From Cyanobacteria bacterium J06626_4 (GTDB lineage Bacteria > Cyanobacteriota > Cyanobacteriia > Phormidesmidales > Phormidesmidaceae): a stretch of 22,379 bases of DNA. This document shows, piece after piece, positions 1-8,449 of the stretch. Under the pieces are notes generated by a model that searched no databases, was not told the origin of the DNA, and worked only from the letters and a program-made list of their open reading frames with translations. Positions within the stretch are counted from its first letter, which is position 1. Every line of letters starts with the position of its first letter. Location: NCBI GenBank assembly GCA_038523235.1, contig JBCBJQ010000098.1:1-22379 (forward strand), written 5' to 3'. Made by a program: the position numbers and the translations under genes.

Positions 1-701
1 CTTAAGACAGCGCCACTAAAGGCCCACCAGCAGGGTTGTTGAGACTGCAGCGGCAGCAGACCCACCGTTAATAGCGCGATCGCAATCAGCAAGGCCCGAC
101 TAAAGTTGACCACAGTTTGCAGCGTGGTAGCCGCCTCGCGGAGTAAGACCGGCACCCATTCGGGATCGACGATCATGACCTGCCGCCACATCGGCAACAG
201 GTCAGTCCAATAAATGTAGAGATCAGTCGCCGCAGTCCCGAACAGCGAACCGAGAAAAAAGTAGCTGCCGATGCGCCCTTGCCCGCGCGATAGCAACACC
301 AGCACCAGCGGAAACCCCAGCGCCTCGACGGGCAGATGCCAGAGCGGCTCAGCCCGTAGCCAACCCCAGTAGAGCGAGCCCGCTAACCAAGTCCAGGTGA
401 AGCCGGTCAGCAGATCTCCCCAGAGCTGGGTCGTGGCTCGGGAGGTGAGGCTCACCCCCGCCAGCAACCAAGTTCCCGTGAGGGCCAGACTTAACCACGG
501 CAGCGATCGCACTAAGGGAGCTTGAAAAAAAACCGGTACCACCACTAAAAAGACGGCGGCCCAAAATACTTTGGCTTTACGCGTTAACATCCTGGGTGGC
601 AGCGTGATGCTGGCCAACGCCGCAGTCTCGGCAGAAGGTGATTCGGTGGAAGAGCTGAACGAAGACAACGGGTTTCTCAGATTGTTAACTGTTCTTAACA
701 T
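1..701 (-). CDS. DUF3120-family cyanobacterial membrane protein (3' end runs off the window; start uncertain: ATG 701, TTG 668 or ATG 590)
   Basis: Manual minus-strand translation gives VFWAAVFLVVVPVFFQAPLVRSLPWLSL...WGDLLTGFTWTWLAGSLYWGWLRAEPLWHLPVEALGFP...FSGAVL, a hydrophobic Trp-rich pattern typical of DUF3120. Absent from the ORF track because no stop lies inside the window. Confidence 0.85.
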   Translation of the reverse strand, partial: MLRTVNNLRNPLSSFSSSTESPSAETAALASITLPPRMLTRKAKVFWAAVFLVVVPVFFQAPLVRSLPWLSLALTGTWLLAGVSLTSRATTQLWGDLLTGFTWTWLAGSLYWGWLRAEPLWHLPVEALGFPLVLVLLSRGQGRIGSYFFLGSLFGTAATDLYIYWTDLLPMWRQVMIVDPEWVPVLLREAATTLQTVVNFSRALLIAIALLTVGLLPLQSQQPCWWAFSGAVL

Positions 702-854
702 ACCATAGGCTTCTGGATGGGTGGCGCTTTAGTCACCCCTGGAATATCGCGGGGCATATTAATTGAAGAGCCCCCTCTCTGATGGTCGATCGGTCTGCTC
801 AGGTAGCTCACCTCCAGTCGGCTGACACTGAAAATCTTATGGATTGATTTATCT

Positions 855-1727
855 ATGCAGTTACTCTTATTAGCGACCGGCGATGCCCCCTCGATTTCTC
901 TAGTTCAGGCGATCGTCATTGGTATTGTGCAGGGATTGACGGAATTTCTACCCATTAGCAGCACGGCCCACGTCAAAATGGTGCCCGTAATTTTGGGCTG
1001 GGGCGATCCGGGCGTCACGTTTACAGCCATTGTGCAGCTCGGGAGCATCGTCGCGATTCTGGGCTACTTTTGGTCCGATATTCGACAACTGCTGATCGGT
1101 ACAGGGCAGGCGATCGCCCGCCAAGATTATGATGCCCCGGACTTTCGCTTAGCACTGGGAATTGTGATTGGCACCGTGCCCATCGTGGTGTTGGGACTCC
1201 TGGTGAAGTTTGGTCTGCGAGAGGCCTACGAAGGCGTTGCGCGAAGTTCCTTGGTGATTGCCCTCACCTCCATTGGGTTGGCCATCTTTTTAGCGATTGC
1301 CGAGGTCACTGGTAGCCGCAAGCGGGGCTACGACGCCGTGGGACAAGCCGATGGCATTGGTATGGGTCTGGCCCAGGCACTAGCCTTGATTCCCGGTGTC
1401 TCGCGCTCGGGGTCAACGATTACCGCCGGTTTGTTTATGGGGCTGAACCGCGAGACGGCGGCGCGGTTCTCGCTGTTGATGGGGATTCCCGCCATTTTGA
1501 TTTCGGGATTAGCAGAGATTAATGAGCTGTTTACCCCTCAATCCAATGTGGGGGTCACGGTAGCGATTGTGGGGGTGATTGCTTCCGCAGTTTCGTCTTA
1601 CCTGGCGGTTTATTGGCTGATTCGGTTTTTGAAAGATCACACGACCTGGGTGTTCGTGTTTTATCGCATTGGGTTTGGTCTGGCGATCATCGGGGCCATT
1701 CTGTTGGGCAAACTGGCGGCTTTTTAG
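855..1727 (+). CDS. uppP: Undecaprenyl-diphosphate phosphatase (BacA/UppP)
   Basis: Motifs QGLTEFLPISSTAH and ALIPGVSRSGSTI; 290-aa polytopic membrane protein. Confidence 0.96.
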   Translation: MQLLLLATGDAPSISLVQAIVIGIVQGLTEFLPISSTAHVKMVPVILGWGDPGVTFTAIVQLGSIVAILGYFWSDIRQLLIGTGQAIARQDYDAPDFRLALGIVIGTVPIVVLGLLVKFGLREAYEGVARSSLVIALTSIGLAIFLAIAEVTGSRKRGYDAVGQADGIGMGLAQALALIPGVSRSGSTITAGLFMGLNRETAARFSLLMGIPAILISGLAEINELFTPQSNVGVTVAIVGVIASAVSSYLAVYWLIRFLKDHTTWVFVFYRIGFGLAIIGAILLGKLAAF

Positions 1728-1876
1728 GGTCGGTTTTCAGATCCAGTGTCTAAGCCGTGAGGCATGATAAAAGGTGGTGTGTGATTCACCGCATTTTGGG
1801 CCGTTAGCTAGGACTCAGCGTCCTCTGAAGCAAGCCCAGATATGCGGTGGCTCTATCTATAAAATCTTTTGCCCCT

Positions 1877-3235
1877 ATGAGTCTGTCGTCTACCAATCCT
1901 GCTGTGGTTGCCCGCGTTCTGCCCGATTCGATCGCGGCAGAATTGGGGTTTGAGCCAGGTGATCGCCTCGTCCGCATTAACGGCCAAGCGCCTCGAGACC
2001 TGATTGATTATCAGTTTCTCTGTGCGGAAGAAGACCTGGCCCTGGAGGTGCAAGACGCCAAGGGGGCAACCCACATTGTCGAACTAGAAAAAGACTATGA
2101 CGACGACTTGGGGCTAGAGTTTGAAACTGCCTTGTTTGATGGGTTGATCCAGTGCAATAACCGTTGTCCGTTTTGCTTCATTGATCAGCAGCCGCCCGGC
2201 AAGCGCGAAACGCTCTATCTCAAAGATGACGATTATCGCCTCAGTTTCTTATACGGCAGCTACCTGACCCTGACGAATTTGACGCCGCCAGAATGGGAGC
2301 GCATCGCCCAGCTGCGGCTCTCCCCGCTCTTTGTGTCAGTGCATGCAACCGAACCTGATGTGCGATCGCGGCTACTCAAAAATCCCCGCGCGGGCGAATT
2401 GCTAGAGCAACTCGCCTGGTTTCAAGCTCAGCGGCTGCAAATTCATGCCCAGGTGGTCGTCTGTCCGGGCCTGAATGACGGAGCCCATCTCGAGCGCACG
2501 CTGTTAGATTTGGCAGAGTTTCACCAGGGCGACCTCCCGGCAGTGATCTCAGCAGCGGTGGTGCCAGTGGGGTTGACCCGCTTTCGCCCCCAGGCCGACG
2601 AATTAACACCCGTAACTCCAGCGAAAGCGCAGGAAGTGATCGATCAGGTCAAAATCCTGCAGGATAAGTTTCGCCCCCGCTTCGGCACGACCTTTGCCTG
2701 GTTGGCCGACGAATGGTTTCTCATTGCTGGGCGATCGCTGCCCACCGAAACCGACTACGAAGACTATCCGCAATTGGGCAATGGCGTCGGCTCAATTCGT
2801 CAGTTCTTAACGGCGTTTGAACAGGCCGCTCAGGCGCTCCCGGCTGCCCTACCGCAGCCGCAGCGCTATACCTGGGTGATAGGCAATGCCGTCGAGCGGG
2901 CCTTTCAACCCATCCTGAAGCGACTGAATCAAGTTGAAAACCTGACTATTGAGATGGCGGCGTTAAACAGCGATTATTGGGGACAGGCCATTACGGTGAC
3001 TGGACTGCTAACCGGACATGATCTGCAGCAGCACTTGCGCGATCGCGATTTGGGCGATGGTCTTTTGCTGCCCACCATCATGTTGAAGCCGACGGATCCG
3101 GGCAATCCTCAAAATTGGCTGTTTTTGGACGATCAGCGCGTAGAATCAATCAGTGATGCTTTACAGGTGCCGATCATGCCGGTTGACGGTGTCGATGGAT
3201 TGGTAAAAGCTTGTCTACAGTCTGACTCCAACTGA
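1877..3235 (+). CDS. TIGR03279-family putative radical SAM protein (N-terminal PDZ-like domain plus DUF512)
   Basis: CNNRCPFCFIDQQPPG (CxxxCxxC), LYLKDDDYRLSFLYGSYLTLTN and DYPQLGNGVG. ATG 1877 preferred over GTG 1847. Confidence 0.9.
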   Translation: MSLSSTNPAVVARVLPDSIAAELGFEPGDRLVRINGQAPRDLIDYQFLCAEEDLALEVQDAKGATHIVELEKDYDDDLGLEFETALFDGLIQCNNRCPFCFIDQQPPGKRETLYLKDDDYRLSFLYGSYLTLTNLTPPEWERIAQLRLSPLFVSVHATEPDVRSRLLKNPRAGELLEQLAWFQAQRLQIHAQVVVCPGLNDGAHLERTLLDLAEFHQGDLPAVISAAVVPVGLTRFRPQADELTPVTPAKAQEVIDQVKILQDKFRPRFGTTFAWLADEWFLIAGRSLPTETDYEDYPQLGNGVGSIRQFLTAFEQAAQALPAALPQPQRYTWVIGNAVERAFQPILKRLNQVENLTIEMAALNSDYWGQAITVTGLLTGHDLQQHLRDRDLGDGLLLPTIMLKPTDPGNPQNWLFLDDQRVESISDALQVPIMPVDGVDGLVKACLQSDSN

Positions 3236-3339
3236 ACGGTTCAGTACGACTTCCCCTACTAAACCGATTAGTAAAGTATTCTAGAAACGACGTTGTTGAA
3301 ATGTAGCTTGTCTCATTGGTGCTAAGCCTGAAGGACTCT

Positions 3340-5370
3340 ATGCAGAAAGGTATGCTTTCCCCCTGGTTGATGCGTGTTTATCTGGGTACGGCGATCGCCC
3401 TGCCCTCAAGCGCTCTCGTTGGTTTGACGCTACCCGCTGAGGCGGCGACAGAGGCGGATAAAACGCCTGTCAAAGAGACACTCTCAGCATCAGTTCCGTC
3501 GAGCGGCACTCACGGAACCCACGAGACCTCTCCTGATCTGTCTCAACCGTTGTCCCCTCCTGCCACCGCCGATGACGCTTCAGCGGCAGTGGCCCCAATG
3601 CTGGCAGCGACAACGCCTAGGCCAGAGGTAATGGTGGCTGATCAGTTGGCATTGAGGCCCCAGTTCTCGCCGCTGGGAAAACCGGCTTCAACCAAACCTG
3701 AGTCCTCGACCGGTGGCATTGCCTTTGCCGCTCAGTCTCCGGCAGTCGTGACTGAAACCTTGGCCCAGCCAGAACTTTTGTTGTCTCAGGCTGAGGCTGA
3801 ATCAGCGGTGGAGGAGACTGATACGCCGACCCCACCGGCAGCGGAAGAGAACATTAATGACCCAGTTGACGAAACCGACGAAGCCGACGAGGTGTTTAGT
3901 CCGCTGCCGGACTCGGATGCCGAGGACGCGGTAGAAGAGACCCCACCAGCGGCTGAAGAGTCCGTTGAGCCCAGCGACACAGCGCCACTCCCCAGCACGG
4001 GTGGTCCCGTACCGGGAGAGGGCGCTTGGGATGATCTTCCCTCCCTCGACCCTTCCCCCAATCCCCTATTGATTCAGACTCAGCCTGAGGAAGTTGAGAT
4101 CATGGGTACTCAGCCCGTCACCTTGGAAGAGGCGATCGAGCTTTCCTACCGCAATAATCCTGATCTGCGCACAGCCCTGCTAGAGCTGGAGCAAAGCCAA
4201 GCCGCGCTGCGAGAGGCGCAAGCTGCCAATTTCCCCACGGTTTCGGTCAATGGCACCCTGCAGGGGCAAAACACCACGGATACCTCAACCGAGGCGGTGC
4301 CCACGCCTGGTGGCGGGCTTGCTTTTGAAAGCAGTTCGACCGAGGAGTTAGGGGCCTCTGTCTCAGCCCAGGTTGATGTCGTGTATAACCTCTTTTCTTC
4401 GGGGCAGCGGGGCGCGACCATTCGAGCCGCCGAAGAGCAAGTGCGACTGTCGGAATTAGAGGTCGAACGCCGCCGAGAGGATTTAAGGCTCAACACCGCT
4501 AACGAATATTACGATTTGCAAGCCTCGATCGAGTCAATCCGCATTAGTGAGGCCTTTTTAGAAGAGGCCGAACGCAACCTCCGCGATACTTCCTTAAGGG
4601 AAGAAGTGGGGGTCGGAACTCGCTTTGATGTGTTGAGAGCCGAGGTGCAGGTTGCCAATGCTCGCCAAGACGTCGTGAATGCGGAGCGATCGCGACAGGT
4701 GGCTCAGAGCACGCTAGCCCGTCGCTTAAACGTGCCACCCTCGCTCACGATTACGACAGTGCCGGTCGACATTGCCGGCAACTGGCCCTTGGGGTTGGAA
4801 GAAAGCATCGTGCTGGCCTATCAAAATCGGGCAGAGCTCGAACAGCAGCTTGTACAAAGCGACATCGGCGAAGAACTACGTGCAGCTGAGCTCGCCGCAC
4901 TGGGACCACAGGTGGATCTGTTTGCCAACTACACCATTAGCGACACCCTCACCCAAAGCGATAGTTTTAACGACAACTACAGTTTTGGCGCCCGGGTATC
5001 GTGGACTTTGTTTGAAGGAGGAGCCGCTCAGGCGCGGGCGCGACAGCGGGAGCTCGATAGCGAAATCGCTGAACGTAACTTTGAGGAATCGCGCAATACG
5101 ATTCGGCTGTCGGTCGAGAGTGCGTTCTACAACCTAGAGGCCAACCTCACCAACATTGACACGGCTCGGCTGTCGGTCGAGCAGGCCCAAGAAGCGTTAG
5201 AACTGGCAATTCTGCGGTTTGATGCCGGGGTGGGAACACAGCTGGATATTTTGAATGCCCAGTCGGAACTGACCGACGCTGAGGTGAATCTGGTGGAGGC
5301 GATCGTTGGCTACAACCGCTCACTCTCTGAAATCAAACGAGCCGTCAGCAATCTGCCGGAACCCTACTAA
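3340..5370 (+). CDS. tolC: TolC-family outer membrane efflux protein with long acidic/Pro-rich N-terminal extension
   Basis: Two OEP repeats (EVGVGTRFDVLRAEVQ and FDAGVGTQLDILNAQSEL); signal-peptide-like N terminus. Start uncertain (3316, 3340 or 3352). Confidence 0.9.
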   Translation: MQKGMLSPWLMRVYLGTAIALPSSALVGLTLPAEAATEADKTPVKETLSASVPSSGTHGTHETSPDLSQPLSPPATADDASAAVAPMLAATTPRPEVMVADQLALRPQFSPLGKPASTKPESSTGGIAFAAQSPAVVTETLAQPELLLSQAEAESAVEETDTPTPPAAEENINDPVDETDEADEVFSPLPDSDAEDAVEETPPAAEESVEPSDTAPLPSTGGPVPGEGAWDDLPSLDPSPNPLLIQTQPEEVEIMGTQPVTLEEAIELSYRNNPDLRTALLELEQSQAALREAQAANFPTVSVNGTLQGQNTTDTSTEAVPTPGGGLAFESSSTEELGASVSAQVDVVYNLFSSGQRGATIRAAEEQVRLSELEVERRREDLRLNTANEYYDLQASIESIRISEAFLEEAERNLRDTSLREEVGVGTRFDVLRAEVQVANARQDVVNAERSRQVAQSTLARRLNVPPSLTITTVPVDIAGNWPLGLEESIVLAYQNRAELEQQLVQSDIGEELRAAELAALGPQVDLFANYTISDTLTQSDSFNDNYSFGARVSWTLFEGGAAQARARQRELDSEIAERNFEESRNTIRLSVESAFYNLEANLTNIDTARLSVEQAQEALELAILRFDAGVGTQLDILNAQSELTDAEVNLVEAIVGYNRSLSEIKRAVSNLPEPY

Positions 5371-5522
5371 CTCAAAAGATTGTAGATGGGCGATGAATAC
5401 GACGCCGCAGCGAGATTTGGCCTCTCGGCGACGTCGTGCTGGCCGATGGCCGAGCAATCTCGTGGCTCAAATGTAGCAGAGGGTAGAAAGTGCAGGGTTC
5501 AAGGGGCAGCGATTATCTTGAA

Positions 5523-5528
5523 AGTCAA
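5523..5528 (-). promoter_or_regulatory. -35 half (TTGACT) of the IS110 circle-junction promoter; -10 half TATGTT at 6759-6764
   Basis: Joining right end to left end through one CT gives TTGACT-TTCAAGATAATCGCTTG(17 nt)-TATGTT, pointing into the bridge RNA. Confidence 0.75.
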
Positions 5529-5548
5529 GGAAACTGCAAAAGGGGTTC

Positions 5549-6531
5549 TCAGGCTGGCGTATAGCGAGCGGTGACGAGTTCGTCTTGCCATGGGGTGCGG
5601 GACTTCAGCATGGCATTCAAACACGTCAGCAGTTTTCTCGCACAGGCAATCAAGGCTACCTTCTTCTCCTTACCCTGGTCGAGAAGATGCTGATACACCG
5701 CCTTCAGGGGCGGGTTATGACGCACCGCCACTAGGGCGGCTAGATAGAGGGCGGAGCGCACCGTGGCGCGACCACCCCAAGTCGTGCGTTTGCCGCGATA
5801 GCGACCACTATCGCGATTGAACGGCGCTAAGCCGACTAAAGCGGCAATTTGTTTGCTGTTGAGCTACCCCAACTCCGGCAACTCGGCTAACAGAGTCGTG
5901 GAAATGGCCGGGCCAATGCCCTTCCCCGAGGTCAGCAGCGCTTTATCTTCACGCCATTGCGACTGCTGTTCACTCAGATGCTCAATCTTCTTGTCCAGTT
6001 GCGCAATGCGGTCTTGCAGCCACTCGATATGAGCCGCCACTTCATCTTTCAGGACGGCTTTATTTCGGCCTTTGAGCTGCTGAAGGCAATTCTTTTCGCC
6101 ACTGAGTATCTCGACGAGTTGCTGCCTGCGTCGGACCCAATCTTGAAGTTGCTGCGCGGACGCGGAGGCCAACACCGTGGCGGACGGCTGGAGCAAACGG
6201 CCAAAGCGAGCAATGACTTTGGCATCAATGGCGTCCGTCTTCGCTAAGATGCCACTGGCTTTGGCAAAGTCCCGCACGGGCCTCGGATTAACCACACTGA
6301 CCCGACACCCGTGGGTGGCGAGGGTCGTGGCCACCAGGGTTTCATAACCGCCACTGGCTTCACAGACGACGGCCCAGTCAGAAACACTGCGCAACGTTTG
6401 CCACAGCTTTTCCACCCCCTCACTATCGTTGTTATAGCGAATGACGTGGACTGGCTGGGAGCATAGACATCCAAGCTGTCTTTACTGACATCAATGCCCA
6501 ATTAGCGATAGTGAGTTTCTGAAGTCGACAT
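5549..6531 (-). pseudogene. IS110 DEDD recombinase/transposase, disrupted
   Basis: Catalytic motifs GIDVSK, VCEASGGYE, KTDAIDA and GLAPFNRDSG (Tnp-domain Ser). Lesions: in-frame TAA at 6502-6504 after ATG 6531, a 1-nt frameshift near 6437-6470, and in-frame TAG at 5864-5866 (ELPELG*LNSKQIAALVG). Restoring one base gives 984 nt, about 327 aa. Confidence 0.93.
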
Positions 6532-6584
6532 GGAAAGCACCGAAAAATAGCGTCTAGTATGGTTTGATGAGAGGGCTCCATTAA

Positions 6585-6753
6585 CTGCACTCATCCTTGC
6601 GCGATACGGTCTCCCAAAGGGACCTGGCGTTGAGCTTTGCTCTGCCGCAGGCTTATGTTCGAGTTCTCAGGGGATGAATCATAGCGCTGAGCCTCGCTGC
6701 ACCACGGATTATGGCTAAGCCACATGCCTAGGGAAGACGGTCTAGCGCTACTG
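6585..6753 (-). ncRNA. Putative IS110 bridge RNA (target-binding loop ~6681-6751, donor-binding loop ~6589-6664)
   Basis: Minus strand reads TAGCGCT..ACCG-TCTTCCCT-AGG-[TGGC TTA GCCA hairpin]-CCGT-GGTGCAG-CG..AGCGCTA, then ACTCG..[TCCC TTT GGGA hairpin]-CCGTATCGCGCAAGG-ATGAGT. This is the two-loop scaffold known for the IS621 bridge RNA, and the target guides match the element's flanks. Ends approximate. Confidence 0.82.
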
Positions 6754-7227
6754 CTCTCAACATACAAGGGAAGAGCCTTGCCGCCAGCGATCCGGCGATT
6801 AAAAGTGGCCAAACCTGACTGCGGCTCGCTATGGAGCAAAATGTGAAAGTCAGAGATGAGGGGATGATCAAATCGTCATCTCAGCCATCTGGGACATCTT
6901 GACTGAATGATGATTTGCGGTGAGAAACGTCTGAAATCAGGGTTTACGGGGCGACAGCGGCGATCGCGGTGCCCCCTCTTTCGACTGATGTTACTGCTCA
7001 CATCGGGGCGAATCTGAAATCTGCGTCGAGAAGCGTGCTGACTTGGAAAACACCCTGAATTGGCTGTATCGCTGCGCGGATGCCCCCCTGCGGTTTTCAT
7101 CACTCGAAGCGGCGCGCCAGCATCATAGGCCACTGCCCCTAATTTAATGACTGAATTATTGCTGAAAACGGATAGGATATGGGGACGAATATCGCCTTAC
7201 CCTATTGATTTACCCCCTAGATACAGC

Positions 7228-8382
7228 ATGAGTGAATACAGCATTTTTACGTCAGAGTCGGTATCAGCGGGCCATCCTGACAAAATGGCCGACCAGGTTT
7301 CTGACGCGATTCTTGACGCAATTTTGAAAGACGATGTGCATTCTCGGGTGGCGGTCGAAACCCTCGTCAAAACGGGGATGGTGATCGTCGCGGGAGAAGT
7401 GCGCACCAGCACTTATGTTGACCTCGAAGATGTGGTTCGCGGGGTGATTTTAGACATTGGCTACGACAGCTCCGACGTGGGGTTTGACGGGGCCTCTTGT
7501 GCGGTCATCAATGCCATTGGTAAACAATCTTCTGACATTGCGATCGGCGTTGACGAAGCGGCGGATAAAGACCTCGGGGCCGGTGACCAAGGGCTGATGT
7601 TTGGCTACGCCACGAATGAAACCGACGTGCTGATGCCCGCCCCGATTTACTACGCTCATCGCTTGGTCGAACGGCAGGCCGAGCTGCGTAAGCATGGTGC
7701 CCTCTCGTGGCTACGCCCGGATGCCAAGAGCCAAATCACCCTGCGCTATGAAGCCGGTAAACCAATCGCAGTCGATGCCGTGGTGCTCTCGACCCAGCAT
7801 GACCCAGACGTTTCACTGGCAGAGATTCGCGAAGCAGTGATGGAAGAAATCATCAAGCCGGTGTTACCCAGTGAGTGGTTCCATGTGGAGACGCAATATC
7901 ACATCAACCCGACGGGGCAGTTCATCATTGGCGGGCCGGTGGGTGACTGCGGGCTGACGGGCCGCAAAATTATTGTCGATACTTACGGGGGCATGGCCCG
8001 GCACGGGGGCGGAGCCTTTTCGGGTAAAGACCCGTCGAAGGTCGATCGCTCGGCCGCCTACGCAGGCCGATATGTCGCGAAAAATATTGTCGCCGCCGGT
8101 CTGGCAGAGAAGTGCGAAATTCAGGTTTCCTACGCGATCGGGGTTTCTGAACCCACCTCGATTTCCATCAATACCTTTGGCACTGGCAAGCTCAGCGATG
8201 ATGACATTTCGAAGCTAGTGCGCGAGCATTTTGATCTGCGCCCTCAGGGATTAATCGATATGCTGGATTTACGTCGTCCGATTTACCGTCAGACGGCAGC
8301 CTATGGCCACTTTGGTCGAGAGCTGCCCGACATGACTTGGGAAAAGACGGATAAAGCAGACGCGCTCAAAGCCGCTCTTTAG
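7228..8382 (+). CDS. metK: S-adenosylmethionine synthetase
   Basis: [39 protein letters not shown] and AAYGHFGR. True start most likely ATG 7228 (MSEYSIF), not 7147. Confidence 0.98.
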   Translation: MSEYSIFTSESVSAGHPDKMADQVSDAILDAILKDDVHSRVAVETLVKTGMVIVAGEVRTSTYVDLEDVVRGVILDIGYDSSDVGFDGASCAVINAIGKQSSDIAIGVDEAADKDLGAGDQGLMFGYATNETDVLMPAPIYYAHRLVERQAELRKHGALSWLRPDAKSQITLRYEAGKPIAVDAVVLSTQHDPDVSLAEIREAVMEEIIKPVLPSEWFHVETQYHINPTGQFIIGGPVGDCGLTGRKIIVDTYGGMARHGGGAFSGKDPSKVDRSAAYAGRYVAKNIVAAGLAEKCEIQVSYAIGVSEPTSISINTFGTGKLSDDDISKLVREHFDLRPQGLIDMLDLRRPIYRQTAAYGHFGRELPDMTWEKTDKADALKAAL

Positions 8383-8404
8383 GGCTGTCAGCATTGACTC
8401 AATC

Positions 8405-8446
8405 CCACTCATTCAAAGTCACTCACTTAAATTCACTCACAAGGAA
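8405..8446 (+). repeat. Three imperfect 14-nt tandem units in the metK-ahcY spacer
   Basis: CCACTCATTCAAAG / TCACTCACTTAAAT / TCACTCACAAGGAA starting at 8405, 8419 and 8433; the last unit contains the AAGGA ribosome-binding site. Confidence 0.6.
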
Positions 8447-8449
8447 TCC

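Larger units (their letters stand above)
5508..6768 (-). mobile_element. IS110-family insertion sequence (IS621-like layout), 1261 bp counting both CT cores
   Basis: On the minus strand the left junction is TCTTCC|CT|TGTATGTT (core 6767-6768) and the right junction is TTGACTTTCAAGATAATCG|CT|GCCCC (core 5508-5509). No terminal inverted repeats; ~237-bp non-coding left end and ~41-bp right end; DEDD recombinase remnant inside; no HIP1 octamer seen within it. Confidence 0.88.

Noticed and set aside
5490..5500. Alternative IS110 right boundary at TTGAACC|CT|GCACT (core 5494-5495), which also fits the right target guide
   Set aside because: It would give a 31-nt promoter spacer instead of 17 and lose the CG handshake match. 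It is better read as a neighbouring target-like heptamer in the flank.
6591..6839. 82-aa minus-strand ORF over the IS left end
   Set aside because: It crosses the element boundary, has no recognisable motif, and overlaps the structured bridge RNA.
6780..7227. Canonical SAM-I/II/V or SAH riboswitch upstream of metK-ahcY
   Set aside because: I could not find the consensus cores (e.g. GAGGAGCG...AGGCTC for SAH, ATCxAGAG for SAM-I) by eye.
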